Of a DNA stretch of 64,000 bases, positions 25,184-37,945 are shown piece by piece. Numbering within the stretch: position 1 is the stretch's first letter; every line of letters starts with the position of its first letter. The stretch lies in NCBI RefSeq assembly GCF_035084215.1, contig NC_090333.1, forward strand, positions 33,666,001 through 33,730,000. Direction: 5' to 3'. Made by a program: the position numbers and the translations under genes. The stretch is from Heptranchias perlo. Taxonomy: Eukaryota. The notes beneath the pieces are model-generated. The model had not been told where the DNA came from, did not search any database, and worked only from the letters and a program-made list of their open reading frames with translations.

Positions 25184-26808
25184 TCGAAACTCAAGGGACT
25201 CAAGGCGGATAAATCCCCTGGACCTGATGGCTTACATCCTAGGGTCTTGAGGGAAGTGGCAGTGGGGATTGTGGATGCTTTGGTAATAATTTTCCAAAAT
25301 TCTCTGGACTCGGCAAAGGTCCCGGCAGATTGGAAAACTGCTAATGTTACACCCTTATTTAAAAAGGGTCGTAGGCAGAAGGCTGGAAATTATAGACCAG
25401 TTAGCCTAACATCTGTGGTGGGTAAAATTTTGGAATCTATTATTAAGGAGACAGTAGCAGAACATTTGGATAAACATAATTTAACAGGACAAAGTCAGCA
25501 TGGCTTTACGAAGGGGAAGTCATGTCTGACAAATTTGCTTGAATTCTTTGAGGACATAACGTACAGAGTGGATAAAGGGGAACCAGTGGACGTAGTGTAT
25601 TTGGACTTCCAGAAGGCATTCAACAAGGTGCCACATAAAAGCTTATTGCTCAAGATAAAGAATCACTGGATTGGGGGTAATATTCTGGCATGGGTGGAGG
25701 ATTGGTTATCTAACAGGAAGCAGAGAGTTGGGATAAATGGTTCATTCTCGGACTGGCAACCAGTAGCCAGTGGTGTTCCGCAGGGGTCGGTGCTGGATCC
25801 CCAACTCTTTACAATCTATATTAACGATTTGGAGGAGGGGACCGAGTGTAACATATCAAAGTTTGCAGATGATACAAAGATGGGAGGGAAAGTGGAGAGT
25901 GAGGAGGACATAAAAAACCGACAAGGGGATATAGACAGGCTGGGTGAGTGGGCGGAGATTTGGCAGATGCAATACAATATTGGAAAATGTGAGGTTATGC
26001 ACTTTGGCAGGAAAAACCAGAGAGCAAGTTATTATCTTGATGGCAAGAGACTGGAAAGTACTGCAGTACAAAGGGATCTGGGGGTTCTAGTGCAAGAAAA
26101 TCAAAAAGTTAGTATGCAGGTGCAGCAGGTGATCAAGAAGGCCAACGGAATGTTGGCGTTTATTGCTTGGGGGATAGAATATAAAAACAGGGAGGTATTG
26201 CTGCAGTTATATAAGGTATTGGTGAGACCGCACCTGGAATACTGCATACAGTTTTGGTCTCCGTACTTAAGAAAAGACATACTTGCTCTCGAGGCAGTAC
26301 AAAGAAGGTTCACTCGGTTAATCCCGGGGATGAGGGGGCGGACATATGAGGAGAGGTTGAGTAGATTGGGACTCTACTCATTGGAGTTCAGAAGAGAGGC
26401 GATCTTATTGAAACATATAAGATTGTGAAGGGGCTTGATTGGGTGGATGCGGTGAGGATGTTCCCAAGGATGGGTGAAACTAGAACTAGGGGGCATAATC
26501 TTAGAATAAGGGGCTGCTCTTTCAAAACTGAGATGAGGGGAAACTTCTTCACTCAGAGGGTGGTAGGTCTGTGGAATTTGCTGCCCCAGGAAGCTGTGAA
26601 AGCTACATCATTGAATAAATTCAAAGCAGAAATAGACAGTTTCCTAGAAGTAAAGGGAATTAGGGGTTACGGGGAGCGGGCAGGAAATTGGACATGAATT
26701 TAGATTTGAGGTTAGGATCAGATCAGCCATGATCTTATTGAATGGTGGAGCAGGCTCGAAGGGCCGATTGGCCTACTCCTGCTCCTATTTCTTATGTTCT
26801 TATGTTCT
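25184..26808 (+). mobile_element. 5'-truncated CR1 LINE in a TMEM69 intron (long RT ORF, frameshift near 26397)
   Basis: DKSPGPDGLHPRVL, YLDFQKAFNKVPH, KFADDTK; (TTCTTATG)n tail. Confidence 0.95.
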
Positions 26809-27025
26809 AAAATTTAGTTTATAGAGGAGTGGGATTTTTTTCCATATTGTAGAAAACCAATATCGGTCACATTGTACGCTGCGTAACACCCGAATATGCT
26901 CAGGACAGCAGAATACCATGAAATTCTAGTCTCAATTTTGTAGCTTATTGTAGCTAATACAAACTCTGGGTCCAATGTATGCCACACGTATGTATTGCAT
27001 TAATTATTCTTACTTTGTACTCCAG

Positions 27026-27739
27026 GTTCAGAAATTAACAGCACAGTTTCCAAATGAATTGAGAAACATCAGAATCTACCATTTATTGACACCTTGTACA
27101 CAAAGACGAATTGTGATACATCAAAACATCAAGTACTTGCAAAGATCATCAGCCTTCTGGGTTCAGATGAGCTGTTTTCATGTGTCCTCTCAAGCATCCA
27201 AGATAAAGAAAGTGGAGGAACCAGAGAAACGTGAATTAGACTTAATAAGATATGATTTAAAAGAATTGAAGAACACACCCAAACCTGCCCTCTACCTCGG
27301 CTATGGTGGATTAATTCCTTTTGTGTCAGCTCCCCTTGTAATGGCCGTAACAGAAACATATTTCCCTGAACTTGCTTTTGCCCAAATGGCATATGGAGCA
27401 ACCATACTCTCTTTCCTAGGTGGAACACGATGGGGATTTTCAATTCCAGAAAGCAGCCCTGCAAAACCCGACTGGTTGAATCTGGGAAATAGTGTGGTTC
27501 CTTCCTTGCTGGCCTGGATAGCCCTTCTCTTTCATGATAATTTTACTGAAGCAGCAATTATGATCATCATGGGTCTAGGTATAGCATTGCATTATGACTT
27601 AGCCTTACTCCCTGGTTATCCGAGTTGGTTCAGAGCTCTTCGAACAGTGCTGACTGTGGTATCAACATTCTGCTTAGTTGCCACATTAGTGATCAAAAAT
27701 ACATATCCTGAGAAAAAGCTAGTGTCAGATAGAAAATAA
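27026..27739 (+). CDS. TMEM69: TMEM69 last coding exon (transmembrane protein 69, DUF3429-like)
   Basis: Acceptor ctccag at 27025. PKPALYLGYGGLIPF...YGATILSFLGGTRWGF...PDWLNLGNSVVPSLLAW...YPSWFRALR. Stop TAA ends at 27739. Spliced CDS is 759 nt (252 aa). Confidence 0.93.
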   Translation, partial: VQKLTAQFPNELRNIRIYHLLTPCTQRRIVIHQNIKYLQRSSAFWVQMSCFHVSSQASKIKKVEEPEKRELDLIRYDLKELKNTPKPALYLGYGGLIPFVSAPLVMAVTETYFPELAFAQMAYGATILSFLGGTRWGFSIPESSPAKPDWLNLGNSVVPSLLAWIALLFHDNFTEAAIMIIMGLGIALHYDLALLPGYPSWFRALRTVLTVVSTFCLVATLVIKNTYPEKKLVSDRK

Positions 27740-28054
27740 AATCATCAGGGTAGTGAATATTTTTTTTCCTTTTTCAAATTGGGTAGCGGCAGAGAGCACT
27801 GGCATTTTAAAACTCTGACACAAATAAAACTATAACAAAGAGGAACCCACATATGACGATGATTAACAACTAATTCATGACTACATTATGTTTAAGAGGA
27901 AGTGTTATCATTGATGGTACCTTTTGAAAATCTAACCAATGAAAAGATCTACAATTAACTTCCATATTACTCCTTTTATGTTTTGGTTCTTTTTTGTTTA
28001 AACAGATGACGTAAAAATATTGGCCATTATGTGACTTAGCAAAGAGAGGAAAAA

Positions 28055-28078
28055 AATAAATATAAATAAATAAATAAA
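28055..28078 (+). terminator. Candidate TMEM69 polyadenylation signal cluster
   Basis: Several overlapping AATAAA about 320 nt after the stop, followed by a T/GT-rich tract. Confidence 0.5.
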
Positions 28079-30210
28079 GGTCTTTATGTCACGGTATTTT
28101 TGGCTTTATTAGATTATCCATTGGCTTCTTTATTACTGGCTACAATCCACACACAGGGTTAAAGTCAGTTATTGCTAGCTGTTTTATGCAAACTGGATCA
28201 AATTCCCATTACAGTCTGGCCAATATTTCCACCTCAGGACATGGCAGAGATACGCGTAGTAACAGAAATCCTTTGTGTGCATGGTTTGTTTGTTTGCATT
28301 ATACCTGGACAGGAACCAATCTAGCAAGCAACTATATTGGCATAGATCAATAAATCAAACCATCTCATTTAATTCCAAACATCCTAGTAGATTGACATCC
28401 TGGCATTGGCAGCTTTGCGTGGGTGAAAATGTAGGTCAGGCCTGTGTGAGGGCAGGGCCATGATTAATTGCAGTCCATTTGCTAGACAGCTCTGTGCCCA
28501 TGAGCTTCCTATTGTCAGCTTATATTTGGCTGCATCAGCTGAGTGAATCAGTCTGAAGCTAGCAGAAGTACTGAGCTAAGCAGAGACTGCTGGCGTTTTG
28601 TTCTGTGAGAAATGAGTGGCCGTGTTTCAAGGATCAGTGTTATGTTGGGAGGTGGCGCAGGAGAAGCATCTTTATGTTTTCACATTTCAACATTTGTAAA
28701 TTACTCTAAAGAGTACTTTTTGTACTGATGACTATTCATTTACCTGTTTAATGGTAAAGAAATGTGTCTGTTAGTTTATAACCTGAGCCTCTCTGGTAGA
28801 TTTTTTCAATCTGCCTATTGAAAACAAGGAGGGCATATGGCATCATCTGATATATTCCAGTAAACCAGAGCATAGTGGCATGGGTTTGCTGTTCAATTTC
28901 TGGGTCTCGCTACACTTAGACATTGGGCAGATAAGAATAAATACTCTGGCTTGTAGGGGACACTAGCATGCCTAACGGAGTGGTCATTGCTGCCGAACTC
29001 AAGTAGTATATTTAGCATAAAAATCCAAAACATAACAGTCTTTGTAGGAAGAATTAGAAAAAATATTGTATTTTTGCAGTATTGTCACTTTTGATTGCAT
29101 CTTTTGTTAAATATTATATACCTGGGCTGAAGTTATAAGGCTAGTAAACATTGAATTTGCACTAAAAGCTTGATGTGTCAGCAATAAAATACTCACCCTG
29201 TTGTCTGTATAGTGAAACAGTCAGTCTTTGTATCATAGTGTTATAAGAGACCAAACTTCCATCTTGGGTAAAGTTCTGAGATTTTTGAATATAGGTTATC
29301 ATTTTTACAATTAATCCACCTGATGGAGAGATGAACAAAATTGTTGTCGGTACCTGTAAGTAATATTTTACACTGGCAGATCTCCCATGGTGTTGCTCGT
29401 GAGTAGTCTGGAACAAGTGATGTTTAGTTGCTAAAATGGAGTGGTGTTTCAACCTCATCTGTCCTGTTTAGGACACTGCTCAATATTCCCTGGGGCAAGT
29501 GATCTAAATATGCAAATTCAGATAATTGTTGCTGTTTTAAAACTGTTGATGTTAATTAGAGCATATTAATTAATTAATGTAGCTGCTTTTAGATTTCAGG
29601 GTCCAGGTCAGAAGAACCCAACATGAAATAGCTAGCTTTCTTTTTATTAAGATTATTTTGCATCACAAGCTTCTTTGTCCAGCCTGTGAAGCTCCTGTCA
29701 GTTCCTTTCTTAGCACATGTGCACAAAGCTGACTTTGGCACATTCAAGGTGCTGAAAGTTCCCAAGACTGCGGTATTGGAAAAGGCTGTTGCTTGATTGG
29801 TCAAAATCCACCAGTCAGGGAACTGCTTTCACCAGTACTGAAGGCCCGGTAATTTCCAAGAGCTGCAGCATCTCTATGGATCCTTGTACTGCGTTATTAT
29901 TTGTAGATATGCACCGCCAGCGAGAGCACAACATTCAATGCTGTCAAAATGGTAATCAGTCCTGGCTGCAATATCCGGAAGGTCCTTAATCTCTGTAGCA
30001 GCAGTACTTCTGACAACAGCAGTTGTTTAATATATACATATCAGGCCTGCATAAATAAATTAGGTTTGCTTAAAAAAAACTACAAATGCAACACAAAAGT
30101 CAATAAATTACTTAACTACAAGTTTATAAACCTAATCCATATTATTGCAGATTAAGAAATATTATTCAAGTATTGCTATGTTATTGGAATAGAAGATTTC
30201 AATCATTATA

Positions 30211-30475
30211 AACAACAACAACTTGCATTTATAGAGCACCTTTAACGTAGTAAAAACATCCCAAGGCGCTTCACAGGAGCGTTATCAGACAAAATCTGAC
30301 ACCGGGCCACATCAGGAGGTATTACGACAGGTGACCAAAAGCTTGGTCAAAGAGGTGGATTTTAAGGAACAACTTAAAGGAGGAGGGAGAGGTAGAGGTT
30401 TATGGAGGGAATTCCAGACTTTCGGGCCAAGGCAGCTGAAGGCATAGCCGCCAATAGTACAGCGATGAAAAATTA
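30211..30475 (-). mobile_element. L2 LINE 3' end
   Basis: acaacaacttgcatttatagagcacctttaacgtag tail; GGYAFSCLGPKVWNSLHKPL. Confidence 0.8.
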
Positions 30476-30586
30476 AGATATTGTCCCAGCTTATGTGAAA
30501 TATTGTAAATTCTACACCTGAATAAAATTTAAAACTTCGTATTGTTGTGTAGACATAAGCAAAACAATTAAATGTCCTTGAATACA

Positions 30587-30672
30587 TTTATTAAGAAAAT
30601 ATATGTACAAGAAACCACCAGTATATATCAAACCATACATACAGATTCACTCGAGCGAAGTAAAGCTTTATT
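30587..30672 (-). terminator. Candidate IPP polyadenylation signals
   Basis: AATAAA on the minus strand at 30667-30672 and 30587-30592, downstream of the stop at 31398. Confidence 0.35.
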
Positions 30673-31397
30673 CGGTACATAAAGGCCCCGGATAATAATC
30701 CACTGCTCAGTTGTCTTGTGCTGTAAGCACTTATGATAAATTAATACTCAAAATCATCTCCAGAAATAGTGTAGACTCTGGGGAGCACTTAAAAAAAGGC
30801 ATTGGCTCTGCTAAGTCACGGCATACACCCCATCAGAAACGTTCACTCAGTGACATTCAAGGAAAACTTCACTGAAACACATCTAAACCCCAAAATCTTA
30901 GAAATTGAAGTCTTGAACAAATACTGTATGCTGCTTCAAGTTTTTATTTTCCTAAACTGTACTGTGTTGAATTGAAAACACAGCTTTAAGAAATCAGTTG
31001 TTTGATGTTTTGGTGTTTGCTATTAGGATTTTAAAACCCTGCATTAATTTGGGTAATGACACAGGGTCAACTGAAAATGTGTTACTCTGGAAGTTCTGAT
31101 GACTGTGGCTGGCATGTGTTGAAATACACTTTTATGGTTAAATCAAGTTTATTTCAAGTGAAAATTACAGAAACATGTACATATTTCATTTAGAGCGGCA
31201 ACACGACCTTAATTTGTTTTGTATATTAGCACCAATATTGCCAGTTCTGTGTTCAGTCCTCAAGTTGGAACCCAATAGTAGCTGTCCAAACTCATGAAAA
31301 TTTCCTCTGGAGACAGTTGTTGACAGTTCAATTTGACATATCGATTTTCTCCATCAGGAGTCATTTTGATAAAATCTCAGAAGTCAATCATCAACGG

Positions 31398-31622
31398 TTA
31401 AAGCACAGCTATTCCCCCATCACAGCGGCTAGTTATCATGTTCCCGATTTCCATCCACGTGTCAGTATGAGGATCATATACTTCAACAGAGTCCAAAGTA
31501 ACAGGAGCTGAGGAATCCCGACCCGATGTTCGACCTCCTACTGCATAAAGGAGGCCATTAACAGCAATGACCGAAACACCCGCTCTTGCCATTTTCATCG
31601 GTGAAACCTCAAACCACTTCTC
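31398..31622 (-). CDS. IPP: IPP coding exon 8 (last Kelch repeats, stop)
   Basis: ttttccag|GAG AAG TGG; EKWFEVSPMKMARAGVSVIAVNGLLYAVGG...TLDSVEVYDPHTDTWMEIGNMITSRCDGGIAVL*. 225 nt. Confidence 0.95.
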   Translation of the reverse strand, partial: EKWFEVSPMKMARAGVSVIAVNGLLYAVGGRTSGRDSSAPVTLDSVEVYDPHTDTWMEIGNMITSRCDGGIAVL

Positions 31623-33083
31623 CTGGAAAAGGAAAGGGGCGGTGGCGGGGAGAGAAAGAAAAGAAAAGTGAAATCTGAATTGATATGGTCCAGCAGGTCA
31701 TCTTGGAGGGCCACTTGAGAAACTTAGCGATACACCACAGTAATGGCATACGTCTCACTAATTTCCAGGACTGTTTATTATCAGCAGAAACAACATAAAG
31801 CAAGATGCAAATTTGTGCTCAGAGATGAGTGCCTAATCTCAAAACTATTACTATGCAGAACTGCCAGGTGGAGGGCAGAGCAGATAGGAAATCAACATGT
31901 TACGATAAGCAGAATTTTCACCTCATTCATATTGGAGTGAGCCTTTGGCTTAGTGGTAGTATTCCCATCTGAGTCCGACTGTGCAGGGTTCGAACCCCGC
32001 TCCAGATAGTCCCAGCGAATGGAGCTCCGGCTCTGAATTCTGGGCTGATATCCAGCGGGATACTCAAGTCTGGTGGATGTTGGTCGCCCTCCCCACCCCC
32101 CTGCCCCCGTCAATCTCAATACTGACTGAAACATGCATCTGAAGCAAACACATTTTTGTTTACACAAAGGGTACAATTAAAAAATGATTTTAAAAAAATT
32201 AAATACTGTATTTAGCAGCAGTGTGACTTCTATAGGTTGAAGCATCCAATGCCTGTCATTAGAGCATCTTATCTTCTAGGTGTCATCAGAGGCTGCACAA
32301 TGCAATTTCTGGTACAGAACGTCCCACTACACCAACATTAATCTCCCATTCTCTACTTCAACAAAGAAACAATAGGGGAGATTTTGCTCTTTGTTGCATC
32401 TGGCGAATGCTCAGTTCCCACCTGCAGCAAAATGGAAATCAGGACAAAGACCTGCTTTCTCAGGTCTATGCACCTGCTAAGCTGCCGAGGGATTTCTGCA
32501 GCTTGCTCAAACAGATAGAGAGGGGCCTAACTCTCCAATAGATGTAGGCCCAGCGTATTGATTACAATGAGACACGAGGGAGCATTCCTGGGTTCCTTAA
32601 TTACTTTCCTCAGATTTCACTGTTGAACATCCAAATTTAGAGACACTTAAAAGAAAACCAATCATGGGGCTTGCGTTGGAACCTTCCATGGACCAGAAGG
32701 TTGCAGAGGTCCTGGGGGCAGTCCGAAAAAGATTGGAGATAACGGTAAAACTCAGTTCCCCTCCCCCCCCCACCTGATAACCTTTGGCGAGCGGGGCCTT
32801 CCAACTGCTGCTTTCCAGACCTGTAGCTGTGCTTCTCCTTCCGCACCCCAATCCCTGCACAAAGCCCTGTCAGGATCATGCAAATGACATCTGCCAGGCA
32901 CACAAGAGGAGTCCAGAGAGGAAAAGCAACTTTAACAAATCTCAACAGTATTGGATTATCTCTCAATGTGCTTTCTCACTGCAATCTTACCAAATCAGCT
33001 GTAGCATTACTTTGTTATTTAAATCTTTTTCTAAGAACATAAAATAAATCGTTATAACTAAATTATGCACAAACTACACCCAC

Positions 33084-33304
33084 CTCCTGAAGTGAATACT
33101 TCTCTGCTGTCCGCAGAGCATTCTGAGTCTCATTCCACCCTCCAACAGCATAAATGCAGTCATTGAGAGCAGCTACTCCAACATAGGCTCTTTTTGTCTT
33201 CATATCATCTAATGTTGTCCAACGCTTTGTGATAGGATTGAACATTTCAGCTGAACGGAGTTCTGACCCAGAGTCACTCAAACCTCCAACAACATAAATT
33301 AAAC
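33084..33304 (-). CDS. IPP: IPP coding exon 7
   Basis: ttacag acceptor; LIYVVGGLSDSGSELRSAEMFNPITKRW...AYVGVAALNDCIYAVGGWNETQNALRTAEKYSLQE|gtgggt. 221 nt. Confidence 0.95.
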
Positions 33305-33415
33305 CTGTAAAACAATTACAGATATTTCTGACTTGTATTGATAATTATGTTTCTTTTTTGAAATTAATCACCAGAGCTTTTGAAATGTTTTTGGCCTAAG
33401 TTTCAAAGCTTTAAA

Positions 33416-34217
33416 GGGGGTGATTTTAGGAGGCAAATGCGGGTGCGATGGGGGCGGGGGGATTCCGAAAATCACGCAAATCCCATTTGGGTTCGGAAGC
33501 TGGCTCCAACCTGCCGGCTTCCAAGTTTCGCAGGGACCCGCCTGTGTGCGCGCGGGCAACCCGAAACCGGAAGTCCCACCAGCAATTAAAGCCGGCGGGA
33601 TGACAGTTAAAGAGCCAAATGTACCTCACTGAGATACTTGAGGCACTTTACCTGTGACAGAGTAAGTGATTAGAAAGATTTTTAACTTACCTGGGCGGCT
33701 TGCCCACCGCTTCTGATTCACACCTGGTGAAACCACGCGTGAAGGGCCAGATCAGGGAATAAGAAACTAAATAAATTAAATAAAAAAACATGCAATGAAG
33801 TGAAAACACTAAATGCACCTACCTTTGAAACCTGCTCCGATGTCTCCCCGATCTTACCCTCCCAAATCTTCCTCTCTTCACCCTCCCGATCTTCCTCTCG
33901 TCACCCTCCCGATCTTCCCCTGGTCTTCCTCTCTCCTCCCCCCCCCCCCCCCACCCCACCCCGGTCTTCCAGTCCAGCGCTGAATGACGTCTGGCTCTCT
34001 CTCTTTCCCACACCTCCCTCGCGTTGCAGCTCCTGATGGCAGCCAGCCTGTCAATCAAGCTAGCTGCCAGGCATGAAACCAAGAGAGGATGTTAACCACT
34101 ATTAATCAACGTGCGATTGCGTCGGAAACGGTAAGTTTGGTTCATGCGGGTTTGCCACGCGCCTAATCACCCCCCCCCCCCCACCGCCATCCCGCCTCCC
34201 TGCTAATATCGGGGCCA
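33416..34217. mobile_element. GC-rich non-autonomous DNA-transposon-like (MITE-like) insert with imperfect terminal inverted repeats
   Basis: Sharp GC/CpG-rich block in an AT-rich intron. Left end gggggtgattttaggagg resembles the reverse complement of the right end, ggccccgatattagcagg. Confidence 0.45.
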
Positions 34218-34502
34218 AAGTGTGGGCTGGAAAGTCTGCAATAGCCCAGCAAGAGGCAGGGCAGGAGGGAGAAAACTGGGCAAAAAAATAGCATGCAAGG
34301 CACTTTGGGGGTTAAATTGGTTAACCAATTTCTAGCCCTATGTCTTATTAAATCCTTAATCCAATATGTAGTCAATTTGTAAAAATATACTACTATGCAT
34401 AACTGTGACATCTATTGCAAACAATCTTAATAATCAGATGGTAAGATAAACTTATGTGACAAGATAAATCAGTGAATCATATTCTCGTAGGGAGTGCCAT
34501 AC

Positions 34503-34625
34503 CTTGTATTTCACAACACCCGAAGAAGTACCGAGGGACAACCATGTTACCAACAACTTCCCACTTATTGTCAGAAGGGTCGAATCTTTCCATAGTCTTC
34601 CCAATGTCTGCACCAACCCAGCCTC
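34503..34625 (-). CDS. IPP: IPP coding exon 6
   Basis: ttacag acceptor; GGWVGADIGKTMERFDPSDNKWEVVGNMVVPRYFFGCCEIQ|gtatg. 123 nt. Confidence 0.95.
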
Positions 34626-35428
34626 CTGTAAATATTCAAAAGATGTGCACTGAGTGTGTGAGGACTCACAGCACTTTTCTTGCTTTATTATTAACAATCT
34701 CACACAACTTTGCCCTCCTGGCTCAGAGAACCTCTACACAAGTAAAATTAAAATTTGTTACACTTTGCTTAGTTTTAAAAAAAATCTGTATGTTCAGTCC
34801 TAATTTTTTATGTTCTTCTCCCCCCCGCCCCCCCAGTGAGGTCTGAATGGCTCATTACTTCTAAGAGACTGTTCATCTGTAATCAAGGCAGAAAGCAGCT
34901 GCAATGTCTCCTCTGACTGCATGGTTTTGTTTAAGTCAGGCTCATAAAAGTGTACTTAGTGTTAAACTAAACAAGACTTCAATAAAAACAGAAAATTCTT
35001 CAAGTACACAACAGGCCAGCTCATTCAACTTACTGGTCTGTTTTCCTCAGGACCAAATATGGCAATCTGTGGTTGAATAGCCTGACCATTTACTAACTAA
35101 GTCACCAGTGGAGCTCTTGTGTTTCTGTCATTCAAAAATTGGTAATTATGTGGTCTAATATCAGCCAATCCATTTATCCACTTCATCCATGTGTCCAGTT
35201 TACACGATTAGTAGATTGGACTGTCAGGTGATGCTGGGACAGGAACTTATGCCAGTGCCCAAAACTGTATGGAAGAAACCTTTTCTAATACAGTACTGAA
35301 ATGTTATTTAACATCAGCAACGGTCATTACATAGATAAAACTATTTTTATAGAGGTTTTACAGGGCTAAATGCTACTTATAAACCAAAATACCACAGAAA
35401 TGAAAACATTTTTTACAGATATTCCTAC

Positions 35429-35566
35429 CCAGAGCATAAATAGCACCATGACAGGCACACACAGCAAGTCCACATCGTGGGGAATTCATAGATGCCACAG
35501 CTGCCCATTGTTTAGTAACTGGATCATATCGCTCAGCACAGTCAAAAATCATGGAATCACTTTCAC
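35429..35566 (-). CDS. IPP: IPP coding exon 5
   Basis: tttttaag acceptor; GESDSMIFDCAERYDPVTKQWAAVASMNSPRCGLAVCACHGAIYAL|gtagg. 138 nt. Confidence 0.95.
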
Positions 35567-37067
35567 CTTAAAAAAAAATTGCAATTTTATCTAAAAAATG
35601 AATCAAACTATATTCATCTTCAACCTTGTCAAGGCATCACAAACATAACTATTTGTAAACCTAACAATGCTGATTGGAAATTTAAAATCCTTTCTGAACC
35701 TATTTTGATCAGTAAGATTAAAAAAATGTAATCTGTCCCTTTTGTTGAGTTTATTAAATCAATCTTTTTGGTAAAATTCAACAATCTTTTGTAACTTCTA
35801 TTTTTTATGACAGGAAATAAATCTCTGACCACTAAAAAATGTCGTCTTTTGTATGGTGCGTTTAGTCTGTGTTGGAAGTGACACCACTAAGATACTGTAG
35901 AAGCACCAAATTGATTTTTTGCCCCAAGTACCTCAAATTCCCCCAACTTTCCAATCTCCAGTTCATTTTCTGAGTCATGAGCTTTCTGTGGATTTAGCAA
36001 CTTACTGGGAATTTTCTAAAATGTATCAGATTTCAACCCCCGCTCCCAATCCAAAAAAAACCAAACTTCATGTTTACCAGAAACAAATACCAATCATAGC
36101 TGGAAAAACTTTTGTCCTTATAAATAAAAAACAGCTAATGAGTCCTAGATTTAAGAGAGAAACTGTAAATCACTGAGGAGAGACAATGAGGCATCATCTG
36201 CTCAATCCCCTTGGAAGACCAAGTATAGCGAGGGAAAGGATTATCAGAGTATAGACAAACAGTCCAAGCAAAGCAGCTCTGTATACTTGTATAGCAAAAC
36301 TTAATAGTTTGAGGATGAAAAAATAATCCTCAAATATAGGCTTATGAGCAGTGGAATAGAAAGTGTAATCAGTGGACAAAGAGTTACACTTGTGTCAAAT
36401 ATCCACCAACAATAAATCCTCATAACTATGGCATGTAGCCGATGTAATATACGAGGAGGAGCTGAGCTGGAAAGCAGCTTGCCTTTTGGGTTTGAAGACA
36501 CAGTTCAAATCACCTACAATAGTGGTGAGACACAACTAAACGAGCCAGCACCAGAAACAGATCAGAATTAAAGATGAGGGGTCACTAATAGAAGGGATAA
36601 AAGCTTGCCAACTAGCCAAGCTGAAAACACAATTAATTGCCTGAGGAGGTGCCAAATACTTCAAATATTAGGTCTATATGATTTAGAATTGCTCAGCCTG
36701 CAGTCTTCCATAAGGGACACAAAAAGATCCCAACCAGCCCTGGAATTTCTCATACTGCCTCATAAAAAGTGCTCGCCCTGAAGTCCTTTTCAATATAGAA
36801 GCATAAATTCAAAAAAATGTAGCAGACCAAAAACATCCCCACTCACATTCTCAAAAATCAGAAACAAGTGGATAAGAAAGAAGGCAAAACAGTCCCCCAC
36901 AGGTCAAGATGATGAGGACCCTCCCCTAAAATCTGTCTATTAGAGGCAGTGGGCAAGTACACAAAGCACAGAGAAACTGCCCATACATTCCATATCCTAT
37001 AAGTAGAAAAGCTTTATGCTGTTGTTTCAGAGGAAATAATTGTTAACACAATAGTAACTGCACTTAC

Positions 37068-37235
37068 CACCTATTACATAGATCATCCCTTCGAGTACTG
37101 CAACCCCCAGCCCACTTCGGGCCTGGTGAAGCGACGACACTGTGGTCCAGTATTGACTGAATGAATCAAAACGTTCCACGCAACTGAGAGTTCTGCTATC
37201 ACTCCAGCGACCCCCCTGAAGCCGAGTGTACCCAC
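37068..37235 (-). CDS. IPP: IPP coding exon 4
   Basis: ttttgacaag acceptor; GGYTRLQGGRWSDSRTLSCVERFDSFSQYWTTVSSLHQARSGLGVAVLEGMIYVIG|gtaagt. 168 nt. Confidence 0.95.
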
Positions 37236-37905
37236 CTTGTCAAAAGAAATGATAAAAATCATGGCTTCAGCAGCGCCCAATCAGATGCTGTACTGTGATG
37301 CAAGTATACTGTATACATATAAAAGTCAATTCCAATGAGCTAATTTACCAACTGTAAACTCACACTGGAGTTCTATTAAGGGAACAGAAGCACACCATTT
37401 TCTTTAAAAGTATATTTTTTAATTTACCTAAAAATCCACCCTGAACAACTTCACTGAATGAAAACTTTAAAAATACAACCACTGATTTTGCTGTTGACAA
37501 GGTTTAGAATCTCTTGGATGCAAGTCAGTGCTTAGGATCCTCCTGATAAAACAAGGATTGCAAGTGACAATTATGAAACAATAAAAAGGGCATCTGACTA
37601 CTCATAAATTAGAACTGTTGAAGACTGAACTTGGAAGGATTTTGGAATTAAGCAAAGGACACCGAGTTGTTGCATTCAATTAGCCCTCATAACCATATAA
37701 TTTTAAATAAATACATTTTAAAAATGAAACACGCTATATTGTGGATTAAAAGGGAAAAAAAATCAACGTGTTATAGGTCACAATTTTTCATGGTTTATGT
37801 GACAAGTACCAGTATTTTGTTCAGATAACACTACCCTATCTCACTGTTGTTATGGTGGGCCAGTGTTCAAGATAATACTCTTTTCACGACATAAAAGTAT
37901 GACAT

Positions 37906-37945
37906 GGACAGCAGAGAAGTATTTACTTCAGGAGGTGGGTGCAGT
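37906..37945 (+). repeat. 40-nt inverted copy of the IPP exon 7 end and splice donor (33073-33112)
   Basis: ggacagcagagaagtatttacttcaggaggtgggtgcagt versus the reverse complement of 33073-33112, ggacagcagagaagtattcacttcaggaggtgggtgtagt (38/40). Confidence 0.9.

Noticed and set aside
26975-27025. ORF-track N-terminus MYATRMYCINYSYFVLQ for TMEM69
   Set aside because: This is intron sequence ending in a polypyrimidine tract and cag at 27025. A better in-phase ATG exon lies at 23162-23206.
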